Notes: a model not told the origin generated them from the sequence alone. 64,000 nucleotides of DNA from Nemertoderma westbladi (GCA_032718475.1 JAUCBJ010008381.1:6157-70156); one strand, 5' to 3'; counted from the first letter of the stretch, positions 49,370-62,238 are shown. Made by a program: numbers and translations.

Positions 49370-51292
49370 GTTTGTTTGTACAGTTGAATGCCTACTGCTA
49401 TAATTACAGTTAAAGCAAGTCTAATAATTCAGTATCACTGTTAGCCTAGTAATTAATTACCGATATTGTTACTCTATGTAACATGATATATATACAATAT
49501 ATTAGAATACCGGTATACACTTATAGTATATATAAGTATTATTACGGATTAGGTTTGTCACAGAATACCGGTATATAATTTCAGCACAAATATATATAAA
49601 TATATAATAAGCCTATCGTGAATACCGGTATACAACTTACACTTATAGTATATACAAGTATAATTATAGACTAGAATTAATTACAGAACACCAGTATATA
49701 ATTTCAGCTCAAATTTATAGAAATAAATATAATAAGCCTATTGTGAATACCGGTATGTCAATTATTTTAGAATAATTGAACTTCTGAATTTTAGGGGTTA
49801 CTTGGTTACTTTACTTTACTTTATTACCGTTATTTAAGCAGTAGTCCAACTGATATTAAGACCTAATTGATGTATAACAGGCCTACTATTTTATAAATCT
49901 ATTTGAGTTGATTTATAATATATATACCCGTATAATGGGTTTTTGTCAATGTTTGAAATAAATGTTATTATTTCTGGTAAGGAGTCACTTCACAGAAGCT
50001 AAACGCTCTCAGTGGAGTGCTACTTATTGTATTGGACACTAAAACAAATAATTATAATTTACTAAGTTACTTATTACTACAAATTATGTACAATTGCGGG
50101 GTGAGATTACAATCTCTAAATAAACACAAAAAATTACACGTACAAATTTTAGGGGTAATTTTACAAGAAGTCTAAAAACCAACATAACAAGGGGTTAGAA
50201 TTTCTGGTTATTACAAACGGACAGGATACTACGGTATTTGAAAATAATAAAGCAGTAGTAAATATATTGCGTTGTCTAGATAGGAAAAATACCACCGTCT
50301 GACGACTTATAGCCGTAGCGCTATAAGTACTACGTTATGTACCCGGAGTGTTCCTACCTAGAAGTTAATTACCGCAGCCTACTATAGCTAACGTGCCTAT
50401 TAACCACTTTACAACACAAATATACTGCCTACACACTAATTACCTTCGGAAAGCACTGTACACTAAACCCTATATTAGGTACAAGTACTTATACAACAAA
50501 TAACCAGCAGTTAAAAATACTTGTACAGCTAAAAGAACCACGGTATCTACCGGAGTGACCAGAGCATAAAATCACCAGTCTTTACCTACGCCGAACAGCC
50601 CTGATGTAGTACCGGGGTTAATTTAACTATAACGGTATGTATAACAAGCACAATTACTGTAGGAATAAACTTGGGGTATGTATGTTGCGAATAATCGCAT
50701 AAACTCTGAATAATAAATATTACGCTACCCGTACAGACTACACAAACAAAATACAAACCAAATGCTGGCAGACTACTATCAAGCCTAAATAAACTACAGT
50801 ATATGCAGACTCCGAAATGGTTAGTTAGTATGCGTTCTAACCGAGTAGTACGACTTATTCTTTCGGGGGGGGGGGGGGGGGGGGGGATTTACCTTACAGC
50901 ACTGGATGCCCCCACGTTCCTAACTAGTACTTTATCGGACATACACTCTACACACACTGCAATCTCTTCGGACCTGACAACAGCCAGACAACAATCCAGC
51001 CTACAAATTATTCGTACAATTTGAGCGGGTTTACACGCCTTCTGCTCAATATTAACTTACAAATAAATAAAACTGACAGAAATATATAAGCTCCAAAAGA
51101 AACAAGGGGTGTACAGTCCCTAATCTCTTAAACAGCGTACCAATATACAATATCACAATCGAAATAATGCTAGTACCTGTACTGCTGTAAGTACCGGTTC
51201 GGGTGGTTAGGCAGTTAGGCCTACTGGTTACCGGTCGACCGGTACTTTTGCCTTTATTGCCTATGTTGCAATAAAGAAATTATAACTGTTAT

Positions 51293-52461
51293 TGTTCGCG
51301 CTTTTAGACCTTTAGCAGTTTAACCTGCCAAATTTAGGTGTCTTCTAGGTTATAAATGGACTTTAGCCTATAACAAGTATTTGATACACATAAAGTTACA
51401 TTAGCCAAAGCCAGCCTATGCGCGATCATTCACCCACGGTTAAGGGAGACTGGATTCGGATGCTCTGACCTTATTGAGGTGTAGGCCTACTGTGCTATTC
51501 GATTGATCGTTAATATATAATCTCTGACAAATATTATTCACTTTCGGGAAATATTAACAGTTCCTTTAGGACGTGGCGCTCTAAGTATGTAAACAGAGTT
51601 ATGACTTACACTAAACACAACGGGATGGCTAATGATTTTCGTATAAAGCGCATTCTTTAGGAAATGGTTTGTTACCTGTCACACTCATGCACACTACCTC
51701 ACACTGCTGCACACTGATCTGCCAACCTTCACTAAATTTGATCATATATAAGGGGAACAACAACTGACACATGTAGGGCCTATGAAATAGCATTAAATTC
51801 ACTCCAAAACCACTATAATGTAAGTCGCAATTGCTATATGTAACCGGTCTCTCTAACCTTCAGTATATCAAGCAGATTGGGGTTTTACGATTATTTATCG
51901 ATATTCTCCAAATATAACAACATTCCATCAACTGATAACAATTAATAACCGACAGTAAATAGCAGTAAAATAATGCGGTGAAAGGTAAGGTGAGTCTGGT
52001 ATGCCAGGATAACAGTTATACGTTTCTATGATCAAAGCCATTCTAATGTTTGGCTAAAGTCTGAAACACAGAATAATTCCAAAGCCGATGTTCTGGGCTC
52101 AGGAAAAAGGTAAACAAAGACCACAATGCATTGCGCGATTTCCCGGAGGCTTTTGTGCAAATAAAATGAAAATCGCTCTGATTGGTCGAGTGAGTGAGCC
52201 TGAACAAAGAAAGCCAAAAGCTCCACGTCGACATATCAGCTGGTAGATGTCGTCATCTGAACTACACTGTATTAAGAGTATTTTGGCGTGTTGCGGCATA
52301 AAATGGCTTGTTATGTCCGCTAAAGTACACATACAGAAAAATGGCTTTTTATGTCCACTAAAACACTTACACAGTAAGAAAACGGCTTTTTATGTCCGCT
52401 AAAACACCTACAGAGTACTTTGCGGGGTAAATGACTAGTTATATCCGCAAAAGCCTTTACA
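51293..52461 (-). repeat. 5' LTR of BEL element 2
   Basis: TG...CA ends; matches 36526-36664 plus 39073-40102. Confidence 0.95.
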
Positions 52462-53112
52462 ATCTATATTGCCTGGCTAATCATACATAAACAAATTGTT
52501 CCAGAATATTGTGTATTTATTAAATAGAATAAATGGCCTGCAGTGAACAATAATTCTTGCAATCTTTGAATGCCTATTTCTCAGCTGTTTCTCAACGAAA
52601 TTCAGACATTGTTACATATTTGGAATCCTTGCAACGCAAGCGTTCTATTGATGTGAAAAAATTACGACTAAAGTGAAGAATGGCAATGATACAGAGGGTG
52701 CGATTTCGCAAAAGACACTTTTTTAAAACGCTTATAAATAAAATTTGAAGCCGAAATCGAAAATTCCGGCTTCATGGTAACAATCACGGTGAGTTGAACT
52801 AATTGTGTTTCAAATTTCAAACAATATGATAAAGATTTGTAGGAAAATTTGGGGGGGGGGGGGGGGTCCGTGTCATCAGAAAATGACACTATATTACGGG
52901 TCATGGTGTACAATAATTTAGATTTCGTATCATTACCTTTTACCATGATTTCCGATACAAAGATGAAATAAATGGTACAATAAATTTTTTCTTCCAAATT
53001 GCAGGTGAAGATGTCTGCGTTTACACCGTGTGCTGGTGTAGGTATACAAATATAATAATTATGAATAAATATGATATCATGAATGGGAGAACGTTTAGCC
53101 TCATTAAGCCAA

Positions 53113-53430
53113 AGAATGCCTGTTCACCACCACTGGTGATATTCCACAGTAAACCCTTCCACTCTGTTTCCTAAAGGAATGCCTGTTCACCACCACTGGT
53201 GATATTCCACAGTAAACTCTTCCACTCTGTTTCCTAAAGGAATGCCTGTTGACCACCACTGGTGATATTCCACAGTAAACCCTTCCATTCTGTTTCCTAA
53301 AGGAATGCCTGTTCACCACCATGGGTTATCTTCCACAGTAAACCCTTCCACTCTGTTTCCCAGGTTACCTTGTTTCACATTTATCAACCAGTCACGGATG
53401 AAAGCCTGGGTCGGGCTTGGCTGCAGCATT
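53113..53430 (-). repeat. 63-bp minisatellite (4 units) continuous with a Deu/Nin-like SINE body
   Basis: Units at 53144, 53207, 53270, 53333; the adjacent minus strand reads CCCGACCCAGGCTTTCATCCGTGACTGGTTGATAAATG. Confidence 0.7.
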
Positions 53431-54210
53431 TAATGCAATGCGCCTAAACAGGTCACAATACTGTAATTCAAGCCCATTCACACCTGGTGAATGTATTTTA
53501 AGAAGAAATAGATGAGACTTACAGTTACTTTACTAGCCAGTGCGTATATCTGCTTTCCAGAAATGGTATACCGAGTAACTGAAAGTGAGTAACTGGAGTT
53601 GCCGCTGGGGAATATACAGGGACGGTTTATGGATTTTCGTCGGGCCCCCGCCAGTTCTAACTTACGGGCCCCAACCCCCCCCCCCCCCCCCCCCCATCCT
53701 AAACCCCTCACCCACACAAATTGCAAAAAAAAATTGTACCCCGTTGGCAAAAATTAATAATTATTAATAATAAATATTAAATTTTTACGGAATTCCATAT
53801 TGTTGTTTTCAAGCACATAAAGGTTAGCCCCAAGTCAATTTTTTCAGATTTTCCTTTTTTTCCTAAAATTACACCATCTAAAAGACGACAATTCTATATT
53901 TAGGTACGACTGAAATACTGACATCGTTCAGGCGTTGCGTAGTTACATACTGGGAAATAAAGTGGGAATGTGATATAAAGTTGAAAAATATACCGGAAAT
54001 CAACATTATACATAAGACATCATTAGACATAACAATTGCCGTAGGCCTACTTCAAACAAAAGGGCATTTTCCTATCCTTTTGTGACTACTGAATATTACT
54101 GATGATTTCAGAAAAAGCTGAATTGAAAATAAATGTACATAAATGTGGTAACACAGAATGAACAGGCATGGCCTACGAACAGGTCTCTGGTTAATGTGTA
54201 AACAGTTTAA

Positions 54211-55110
54211 CCCTATTAAACCCGGGGGGTTCAATATGACCCCCACCCCTGTGGTTTTTTTGTTATAACTCTGAAATAAACGCATTTGGGAATCTGAAAT
54301 TTTATGACTTTTCCTAAAAATCTATTGTTTACATACTGGTTAAAACGTTTTTAAAAATATTGGGAACCTTTCGAGTTATAGCAACATTTTTTAACCCAAC
54401 TTTTGGTGTTTGCAATTAGATGTATTTCATATAAATTAATTTAGAAATTTCAAACTTGTTTTTTTCGGCGGGTGCCAAATTTTGGTGCAGTGTGCAAAAT
54501 TTGATGACAGCCTGAAATTCTGACAATTCAATTGTTCAATTGCTTGTGACAACTTATTTCTCGCATTTTAGAGATTTATGGCGGTTCTGAATTCAATGGA
54601 ATTAATAATTATCCAACTAGACATCTGAAACTTGTATTTATCGAAAGTGGGTGCAAAATTTGGTGTTAGCACCAAATTTTGAAAACCATCAAATATATAA
54701 ATTGATTGTGTTACCTTGTTTCTTGCGTTATACAGTACGGGTTTGTGAGGGTTCTAAATTCAATGGTAAAAACTGTTAATAAAATAGTGTAAATAAGTAA
54801 AAACTGCATAATAGTTTTCGAACTTGTAATTTTCACGGTGGGTGAAAATTGTTGTGACAGCACCAAATTTTTGAAAATAAGCATATTGATCAAAAGGTAG
54901 ATCATCTTGTTTCTTGCGTTATACGGGTTTATGAGGGTCCTGAATCCGATGGAATGGAATCAATAAAAACAGAACTGGACATCTTATACTTGTACTTTTT
55001 GGAGATGGGTATGAAATTTGGTGCTAGTACCAAAATTTGCCATATTATGCCGAAAAGTACAAGTAGCATTGATCTGGCAAATTTATTCCATTAGAATCAG
55101 CGCCCCAGAA
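54211..55110 (+). mobile_element. piggyBac-like non-autonomous element, left end with internal subrepeats
   Basis: TTAA|CCCTATTAAACCC start; homologous to 63242-64000; recurring TTGGTGYTAGCACCAAATTTTG; right end not identified. Confidence 0.55.
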
Positions 55111-55302
55111 AAAAACCTGAAAATGTGAATTTATAGCATCGTATATAGTATATTCAAAAATTTGTGTTCAAACTAATAAGTGCTGGTTACTTGTTTTTTT
55201 TTTTTTTTTCATTTTTTGCCTACGTAGAGGACTTAAACAGCCATTTATAGTAATTAGATCATTTTTAAATATATTCCAATTGATTTAAAAGAATAGATTT
55301 AC

Positions 55303-56495
55303 CGGGTAAATCTTTTCGACCTACGCGTAGGCCTACGCGTAGCTACGCGTAGCTACGCGTAGCTACGCGTAGTTTGTAACTTCCATTCCTGTCATTTACC
55401 GGTAGGGCCAGACTTACTGCCTTTTTTACAACTACGCGTAGGTGTTTTAAAACTACGCGTAGTTATTTTGGAACTACGCGTAGGTATTTTGAAACTACGC
55501 GTAGGTGCTACGCGTAGCTACGCGTAGGTGCTACGCGTAGCAGTCCTGATAACTATGATTTTTCATTTCAGGTCCGGTAGGGTTGAGTTGTTAGGCAAGT
55601 ATCGGTACATGTCAGGTATCTGATTATCAGACAAATGTAATATCAGAATCGGAAACTCATATCTCTACATACAGCACTGGTAATAAATAATATTCGGCTC
55701 TTTCACATACAAACACAGAGGATGAATAAAAAGTAAACTTAAAATTCACGTCTCATGATTCAAGTATCTTTGTTTCCATTGGATTATTTAAATATTGAAC
55801 AGTAGTAAATAAAGCGATCAGTCTACCGGTGAAGAAGTTAAGCGAAAGCTGATAAATACTGCATATAATCAAATTGTTTGGTCAAATGACAAGTGCAACC
55901 AATCATGGTAGACAATTTAGTCTCCCCCTTCCCTTGTCAAGGGGTTAACATATTAAAAACAGTATATCCTAGTTGCCCTATCGTGAACAAAGGCAATAAA
56001 AAGCATTAGAGAATCGATAAGAACCATCGGCCTATTTCCTTTGTAAACTATTTTTGAACTCTAAACATTAATTATTAACACATTTTACCGCCCGCAACGC
56101 ATGAAGTGAAGAATATGTAGTTTTCGCGTATTCCTCTATATAGAGTATACAGGTATAGGATACATTACTGTTGAAAGCATTTGATGGTTGTGGGTTGTTT
56201 ATTGAACATACGGTATTGTGTCTTATTTTAGTACGACTCGCTTGGAATACGTAAGCCTACTAATGATAAACGACGTATATGCATAGTTATGGGTAGCACC
56301 TATGCGTAGGTCGCGTAGGACCTACGCGTAGCTACGCGTAGCACCTACGCGTAGCTACGCGTAGCACCTACGCGTAGTTATTGTTAAAACTCTGAAACTG
56401 GTGATATATGACCCAATGTTGCGAACTACGCGTAGCTACGCGTAGCTACGCGTAGCTACGCGTAGGCCTACGCGTAGGTCGAAAAGATTTACCCG
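55303..56495. mobile_element. TIR element with subterminal CTACGCGTAG palindrome arrays
   Basis: CGGGTAAATCTTTTCGACCTACGCGTAGGCCTACGCGTAG is inverted at both ends; no TSD or ORF identified. Confidence 0.8.
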
Positions 56496-57453
56496 CCCTT
56501 CCCAGACGTCACGATCACATCACATCCGATAGTCAGACAGTACAACAGATTGCTGTAGGCCTAACCTACTGCAGTACTGCAGTACTGGCCTATATCAGTA
56601 TATTATTATTACCGTAATATTGCTGTATGATTGTCTGATTGTTGTATTCAAGGACTTCAGAAGTCCTTGGTTGTATTATATTACATATTACAGTAGGCCC
56701 ATTACAATACCTATTTACTGGTATTTAATCTGCAGCCCTGCAGCCTGCACGGCTGTCCTGCTGTCAGAGTGGGGTATTAATATTACCGTACCGGTAGGCC
56801 TACCGTCTGATCGTACAGTCGTATTACCGGTAGGCCTATCTGCCTATTCTGGTATTACTACGGTAAGACGGTAGGCCTACCAGGCAGCCAGGGTACAGGG
56901 GTACCGGTATACGGGTATAGTTACACAGTACAGCAGTAGCGTATCGCGTATCGCACTCCTTTCCGGTCAGCCGCCAGAAGGTGGAAGGTTGAAGGTACCA
57001 CTGTCCACTGTCTGACTGTATACTGCAGTACGGTGTACTGTCAACTGTACTACATACAGACATAGGCTGATAGGCCTACCGCTGTACCGGTACTACCTAA
57101 TTCTGTAATTACCGATTTCCGGTAGTGCCTGAGCCTCAGAGCCTGACAGCTCGATCACGACCAGTCGATGCCTATCACTGAACACTGAAGCCTTCTGGCA
57201 TTAATTAAATTAAATTTATTTAATTTAAATCAGCAGTCAGACAGACAGACAGAGACAGACAACTGTCGGTAGGTACCAGACAGACTGTGGACTGCCACTC
57301 GCCAGTACTGCAGTACTGACAGACTTCATGGACTTTGAGTGAGCGAAGGTTGGAGGTAGACCTTCACACTGACACTGACTGGCTGATTCTGTTCTAGGCT
57401 GATAGGCCTACGTCAGACGCTGCCCTCCCAGTAATTAGTCACAGGACAGGACA

Positions 57454-57623
57454 ATGAGTAAAGATATTGGAAGTGGGACGAACAAGCGGAGTCGATTATC
57501 TAAAGGCCTTTCGACGGAACGAGATTTTAGTGCTGAGGATCAAGCTTTAGGGAAAATCAACAAGGAGGCTGACGAGAAGTTGGCCGTAAAGAAGGCAGCG
57601 AGAGCCGAAGCTCGGGATATAAG
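57454..57623 (+). CDS. LRRFIP2: LRRFIP1/2-like, coding exon 1
   Basis: FSAEDQALGKINKEADEKLAVKKAARAEARDIR matches the LRRFIP N-terminal motif (FSAEDEAL...AARAEARDIR); donor AG|GT at 57623/57624, phase 2. Confidence 0.9.
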
Positions 57624-58531
57624 GTTATTATATTACTGTTATAATTGAATCAATAGATCCCGTATGCCGTAGGTGTATAGGCTACTGGCTTCCTTAGCCC
57701 TTACAAACTTGAGTTTAGGAGTAGTTACGAGTTACCATATGTCTTATTTATCTTTTATTTATTTATTTATTATAACAGTCTGACAGTATAATTAACAATT
57801 TGCAGATTTAGGCCTACTACATTTCTACATACAATGTAGTTGTAGAAGTAAGCATTAACCTTCCGCGTTTACATTTTGTTCGCTTTCTGGAGAACAAATG
57901 GTTCTACCGGTAGGCCTACTGTTGTTTTCAGGTGTCTTGTCTACTACAGTCTACTGGTCTACCTACAGTCCAACACCCACTAAATTATATCACAATTCTA
58001 CTGCAATTGCGATTCGAATGAGGACTGAGCCATTCCTCAATTCAGTGACACCGTGAATTACCAATACCGTACCGGTAATTAAAATTATTATTTTCATCGA
58101 GCAACCAAAAAATAGCATTGGCCCACCTTCCTTCAGGGGATCCAGCCTTAGGAGTTTATTTAATGACGCTTAAAACATTTAAGATAATCTTAGATTAGGC
58201 CCTTCGATATTGCTGTTTTGATTATTAAGATACCGGTAATAATTTGTTATATAGGTTTCAGAGATAGGGAGGGAAACTTGGCACAATTCCCATATTGGCG
58301 AATTAATATCCTGCCTCAATGTTAAATTCTCAATTTAGGGAAAGGAGCAGGTTTCAGTGGCACGTTATTTAACCAAAACAATAAACTAGACACAATAGAA
58401 CAGTTTATAGTGTTATTTTTGAGAGTAATCAGCTGTTATTTGCGTCGAATTTCCCCTGTAGAGGGATTAATTTTTATTGTGTCCAGTTTCCCCCCTATCT
58501 GAGGTTTCATATATAGTTAATTTTTTTATAG

Positions 58532-58638
58532 ATTAAAGGAATTAGAAACGCAGAACGTTGACGATGGCGGTGTGAACGGCGACATTAATGGAGATGAGGA
58601 TGCTGTTAACAATAAGGACGATAGTAAATTAACTAAAG
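58532..58638 (+). CDS. LRRFIP2: LRRFIP1/2-like, coding exon 2
   Basis: Acceptor TTTTTTTATAG; continues (R)LKELETQ as expected after DIR; ends in phase 1. Confidence 0.8.
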
Positions 58639-58904
58639 GTTAGGAAATGATTTATTTGGTCACCCACAGCTCCACACTTTGAATTATTTAATTAGTCTAG
58701 AGAAGCTTTGTGGACCCCACAGGTTACAAGAATGGCCGCCGTAACGGTGATTAGTAGCTATATTACCGGCACATAGTGTTTCAGTTACTTTACTGAGTAA
58801 GACCAGGTAATTTTTAAGCAATGTGTAAGATCAGTTGTTTGAACTATGTGTTAGCTGCTTGAGTAATGCCACATTGGTAGAGCATTGTGTCATCGTCTGA
58901 GCAA

Positions 58905-59052
58905 TTCGCCATTGTTTGAGCGATGCCCCCTGGTTAGCCCCTTCAAACCATTCGTGTCGAATCGGAGACTGTCTTGGCCCACATGCAGGGATCGAACCCA
59001 CGACCACCAGATAGATTGGAAATCAATGCAACCACTACACCAAGGTGGAACC
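58905..59052 (-). mobile_element. tRNA-derived SINE in an intron
   Basis: Minus strand has A box TGGTGTAGTGG and B box GGTTCGATCCC. Confidence 0.65.
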
Positions 59053-59300
59053 TAATTAACCTATCTAACGAAGGAAGATTCACAGCCACCCTGTTTATTA
59101 CAGTGAATTCAGTTTTGATGGGTAAATGTAACACATTTTCAAAAAAAATTCACCTGGTAATCAAACTAAAAGGGTCCCACCATCTGTTACACCACTTAAG
59201 TAGTATTCATATACAATTCAATTCAAAATAACCCTTTTAATTTACATTAACTAATTAAACCCTTTGTCGTTCTGAAGATATTTTATGAAATGCATCATTA

Positions 59301-59674
59301 GGCCCCCGCGCTCCACTGGTAAGTCGTAAGTCGTTTTCAGATATTGTCTTATAGTCAGAATGTCAAAATGAATGCCTCCTTGCTCCATTAGTAACACAAG
59401 TCATAAGTCATTTGATAAAAAAAATAAGGTGCGACTCACATTTACTGCATATTTATTATACCCAAAGTAACCAATCAGAGGCATCTTGCCGGATATAACA
59501 CATGATTCATATGTCATATTTTCATATGATTCATATGGAACATGGGTCATAATCACTTGCGACTCATCGGTCGTAACTTACGATTTACCAGTGGAGACGC
59601 TAACATTGAAACCAATGTGTTTCATAATTTATTCTGACTAAGACTTTATAAGACTTACCAGTGGAGCACGGGCT
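59301..59674. mobile_element. PIF/Harbinger-type MITE
   Basis: TIR CCCGCGCTCCACTGGTAAGTC / GACTTACCAGTGGAGCACGGG; TTA on both sides. Confidence 0.75.
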
Positions 59675-60430
59675 TTAGCGGGTGGTTTTTCCAATTTGCT
59701 TATAAAATGGCGTTTTTTAGATTGATTTTACAATATTTTACATTGAATTTAAATTATTTTACATTGATTTTAGATTATTTTACTTTGCATTAATTATTAA
59801 ATAATATGATAATTACAGGAGGCTTAATAAATTGCTAACCTTGTAAAGTTAGCAATGAAACTCGATTAACGATTAACACAATTACAATTACTACTTTAAC
59901 CTAAAACTAATATAAATGTTATTACAATACGTACAGGTCCTGCAAGTGGTCTTTAGTTCAGTCTGCGCCGTAGGTGCTGCATAATATAGTAGTTTAATTT
60001 ATATTTACAGCAAATCCATTTCTTACCATAAATCTATTTATTCCCAGCAATAATTAAACTGTAACATGTACTATTTATTGGCCTCGTTTATTGTTTTGGC
60101 TCGAATAACATGTCTCTGTAACATGCTCCTTTTCCTTAAAGACACCAGGATATTGCACCAAAGGACCTAATGACGCGATAGGCCGTAACAAACAGCTCAG
60201 GTCATTCTCCACCCACCTTAATTCCCCCCAAGGTTCTGATTCATCTCATTAACAAACTTACTGTAGAAATTAAAAAAATTCATTTATTTCACAAAAAAAT
60301 TATAAAATTTCCTGGGTCATTTAGTGTATTTCACTAATTATAGAAAATTCCGGTTCCGGCCGGAATATTCCGGCATGTTGAATTCCGGTTCCGGCCGGAA
60401 TCAAAATATCGATTCCGGGACATCCCTAGT

Positions 60431-60794
60431 TCATTGTGTCAAGTTCAATGCACACATCTCCAACCAGACACTATATAACATTGGAGGTGTCTCATTGGTT
60501 CCTCCAAGCTTGACACTAGAACGAAATCGCCTGCTCTTTGCAGGACATTGCTTTCGCCGTGACGACCAGCCAGTGCATAATCTTGTACTTTGGCAGCCTC
60601 CTGGAGTGAATAAGCATGGTGGACAGCCCATGACTTTCTTGAGACGCATCTTAAAGGACACTGGCCTTGAAGATGCGGATGATCTAGCAAATGTCATGGG
60701 TGATAGGGAGTTGTGGCGGTGCAATTTTGTTGACAAGCCGGCACAGCATTCTTAAAAATGCAGCTGCAATGCAGCATGCCGATCCTAGTAGTAG
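60431..60794 (+). mobile_element. 3' fragment of the young RTE family
   Basis: Near-identical to the 3' end of 36665-39061, including the UTR and (TAG)n tail. Confidence 0.93.
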
Positions 60795-61425
60795 TTGAGC
60801 GATGTGCCATTATTTGAGCGATGTGCTATTGTTTGAGCGATGTGCCATTGTTTGAGCGATGTACCATTGTTTGAGCGATGTGCTATTGTTTGAGCGATGT
60901 GCCATTGTTTGAGCGATGTGCTATTGTTTGATCAACGTGCCATTGTTTGAGCGATGTGCCATTGTTTAAGCAATATGTCATTGTTTGAGAACCATTTGTT
61001 TGAACAACGTGCCTTTGTTTGAGCGATGTGCCATTGTTTGAGCGATGTGCCATTGTTTAAGCAATATGCCATTGTTTGAGTACCATTTGTTTGATCAACG
61101 TGCCATTGTTTGAGCGATGTGCCATTGTTTAAGCAATATGTCATTGTTTGAGAACCATTTGTTTGATCTACGTGCCTTTGTTTGAGCGATGTGCCTTTGT
61201 TTGAGCGATGTGCCATTGTTTGAGCGATGTGCCATTGTTTAAGCAATATGCCATTGTTTGAGTACCATTTGTTTGATCAACGTGCCATTGTTTGAGCAAT
61301 GTGCCATTGTTTAAGCAATTTGTCATTGTTTGAGAACCATTTGTTTGATCAATGTGCTATTGTTTGACCGATGTGCCATTGTTTAGCAATGTTCCATTGT
61401 TTGAGCAATGTGCCATATTGTTTAA
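60795..61425. repeat. ~19-bp tandem satellite with higher-order variants
   Basis: TTGTTTGAGCGATGTGCCA and variants. Confidence 0.95.
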
Positions 61426-62238
61426 ACAGTGTCTGATGTAATGTGGTACCAACAGGTAGCAGCAACTCGTTGGAACAAAATAGCGATTAATTTCGGTTTC
61501 GCACAATCTTGGAAACATTAATCTATAATAATTACCCCCCCCTCACCCCTCCCCCTGGTTGCATCACAACCATATAGTAATTTAATCTGAGATATGAAAC
61601 ATTCTTCCATCGAATAATACAACAATAGATGTCGTTAATTCCCCCCATTGCCTTAATTATATCCAAATAACTGCTGCCGCCAGTAAGAGCCATTATTGCA
61701 ACTCATACCACTTCAATGCAACTGCGTTATATTATAAACCGCTTTCATTGGCTTGATATGTATCGCATTTCGTTTATTGTTAAATATTTTTAAGTGGTTT
61801 TTAATAAAGATAAGAAAGTTTGAGTAGTTAACAATCTCTAACTATAATATATCAGTTACTTATGTTTTTTATTAATATTATTTTGTTTGCTGTCGTAATA
61901 ATGTGAGGTCTGCCGGAAATGGAAGGCTTAATTAACAATACATGAGGGTCATTGCGATATTGTTACTGTTTTATAAACTACAGTAGAACTATGAATAAAA
62001 AGTTATACTATATTTATGTTTGTATTATATAGACTGGTTCTACAGTACGGTAAATAATATATATTTCAATTTACAAAAATACAATAAATTTGTTTTGTAA
62101 CAATATACACATAATATATATATGTATATACACATAATATATGTTTATTATTTAAATATATGTTATTAATTAATTAATTAATTGCCGGTATGGGTATAAA
62201 CGCTTCATTTAAAACTCTAATTAATGATTCATCTGCAG

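Larger units (their letters stand above)
36526..52461 (-). mobile_element. BEL/Pao LTR retrotransposon 2, near full length, frameshifted
   Basis: LTRs 51293-52461 (1169 bp) and 36526-40102 (interrupted by the RTE), with scattered substitutions; 5-bp TSD ATCTA (36521-36525, 52462-52466); gag-PR-RT-RH-IN order. Confidence 0.96.
36063..52908. mobile_element. Second CACCATG-end TIR element (~420-bp TIRs, TA TSD), split by BEL element 2
   Basis: 36063-~36480 is the inverse of ~52490-52908; TA at 36061-36062 and 52909-52910. Confidence 0.92.
15182..53360. repeat. Duplicated unit, copy B, expanded by ~33 kb of insertions
   Basis: Pieces colinear with 1-5210, separated by insertions at ~19220-34220, 34493-36028 and 36063-52908. 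Confidence 0.88.

Noticed and set aside
53104-53322. 21-aa repeat protein
   Set aside because: A by-product of the 63-bp period; the paralogous array has 65-bp units that break the frame.
62190-62238. ATG at 62190 as the start of a stand-alone 279-aa gene
   Set aside because: Lies in intron sequence before the CAG acceptor; the LRRFIP N-terminus is encoded at 57454.
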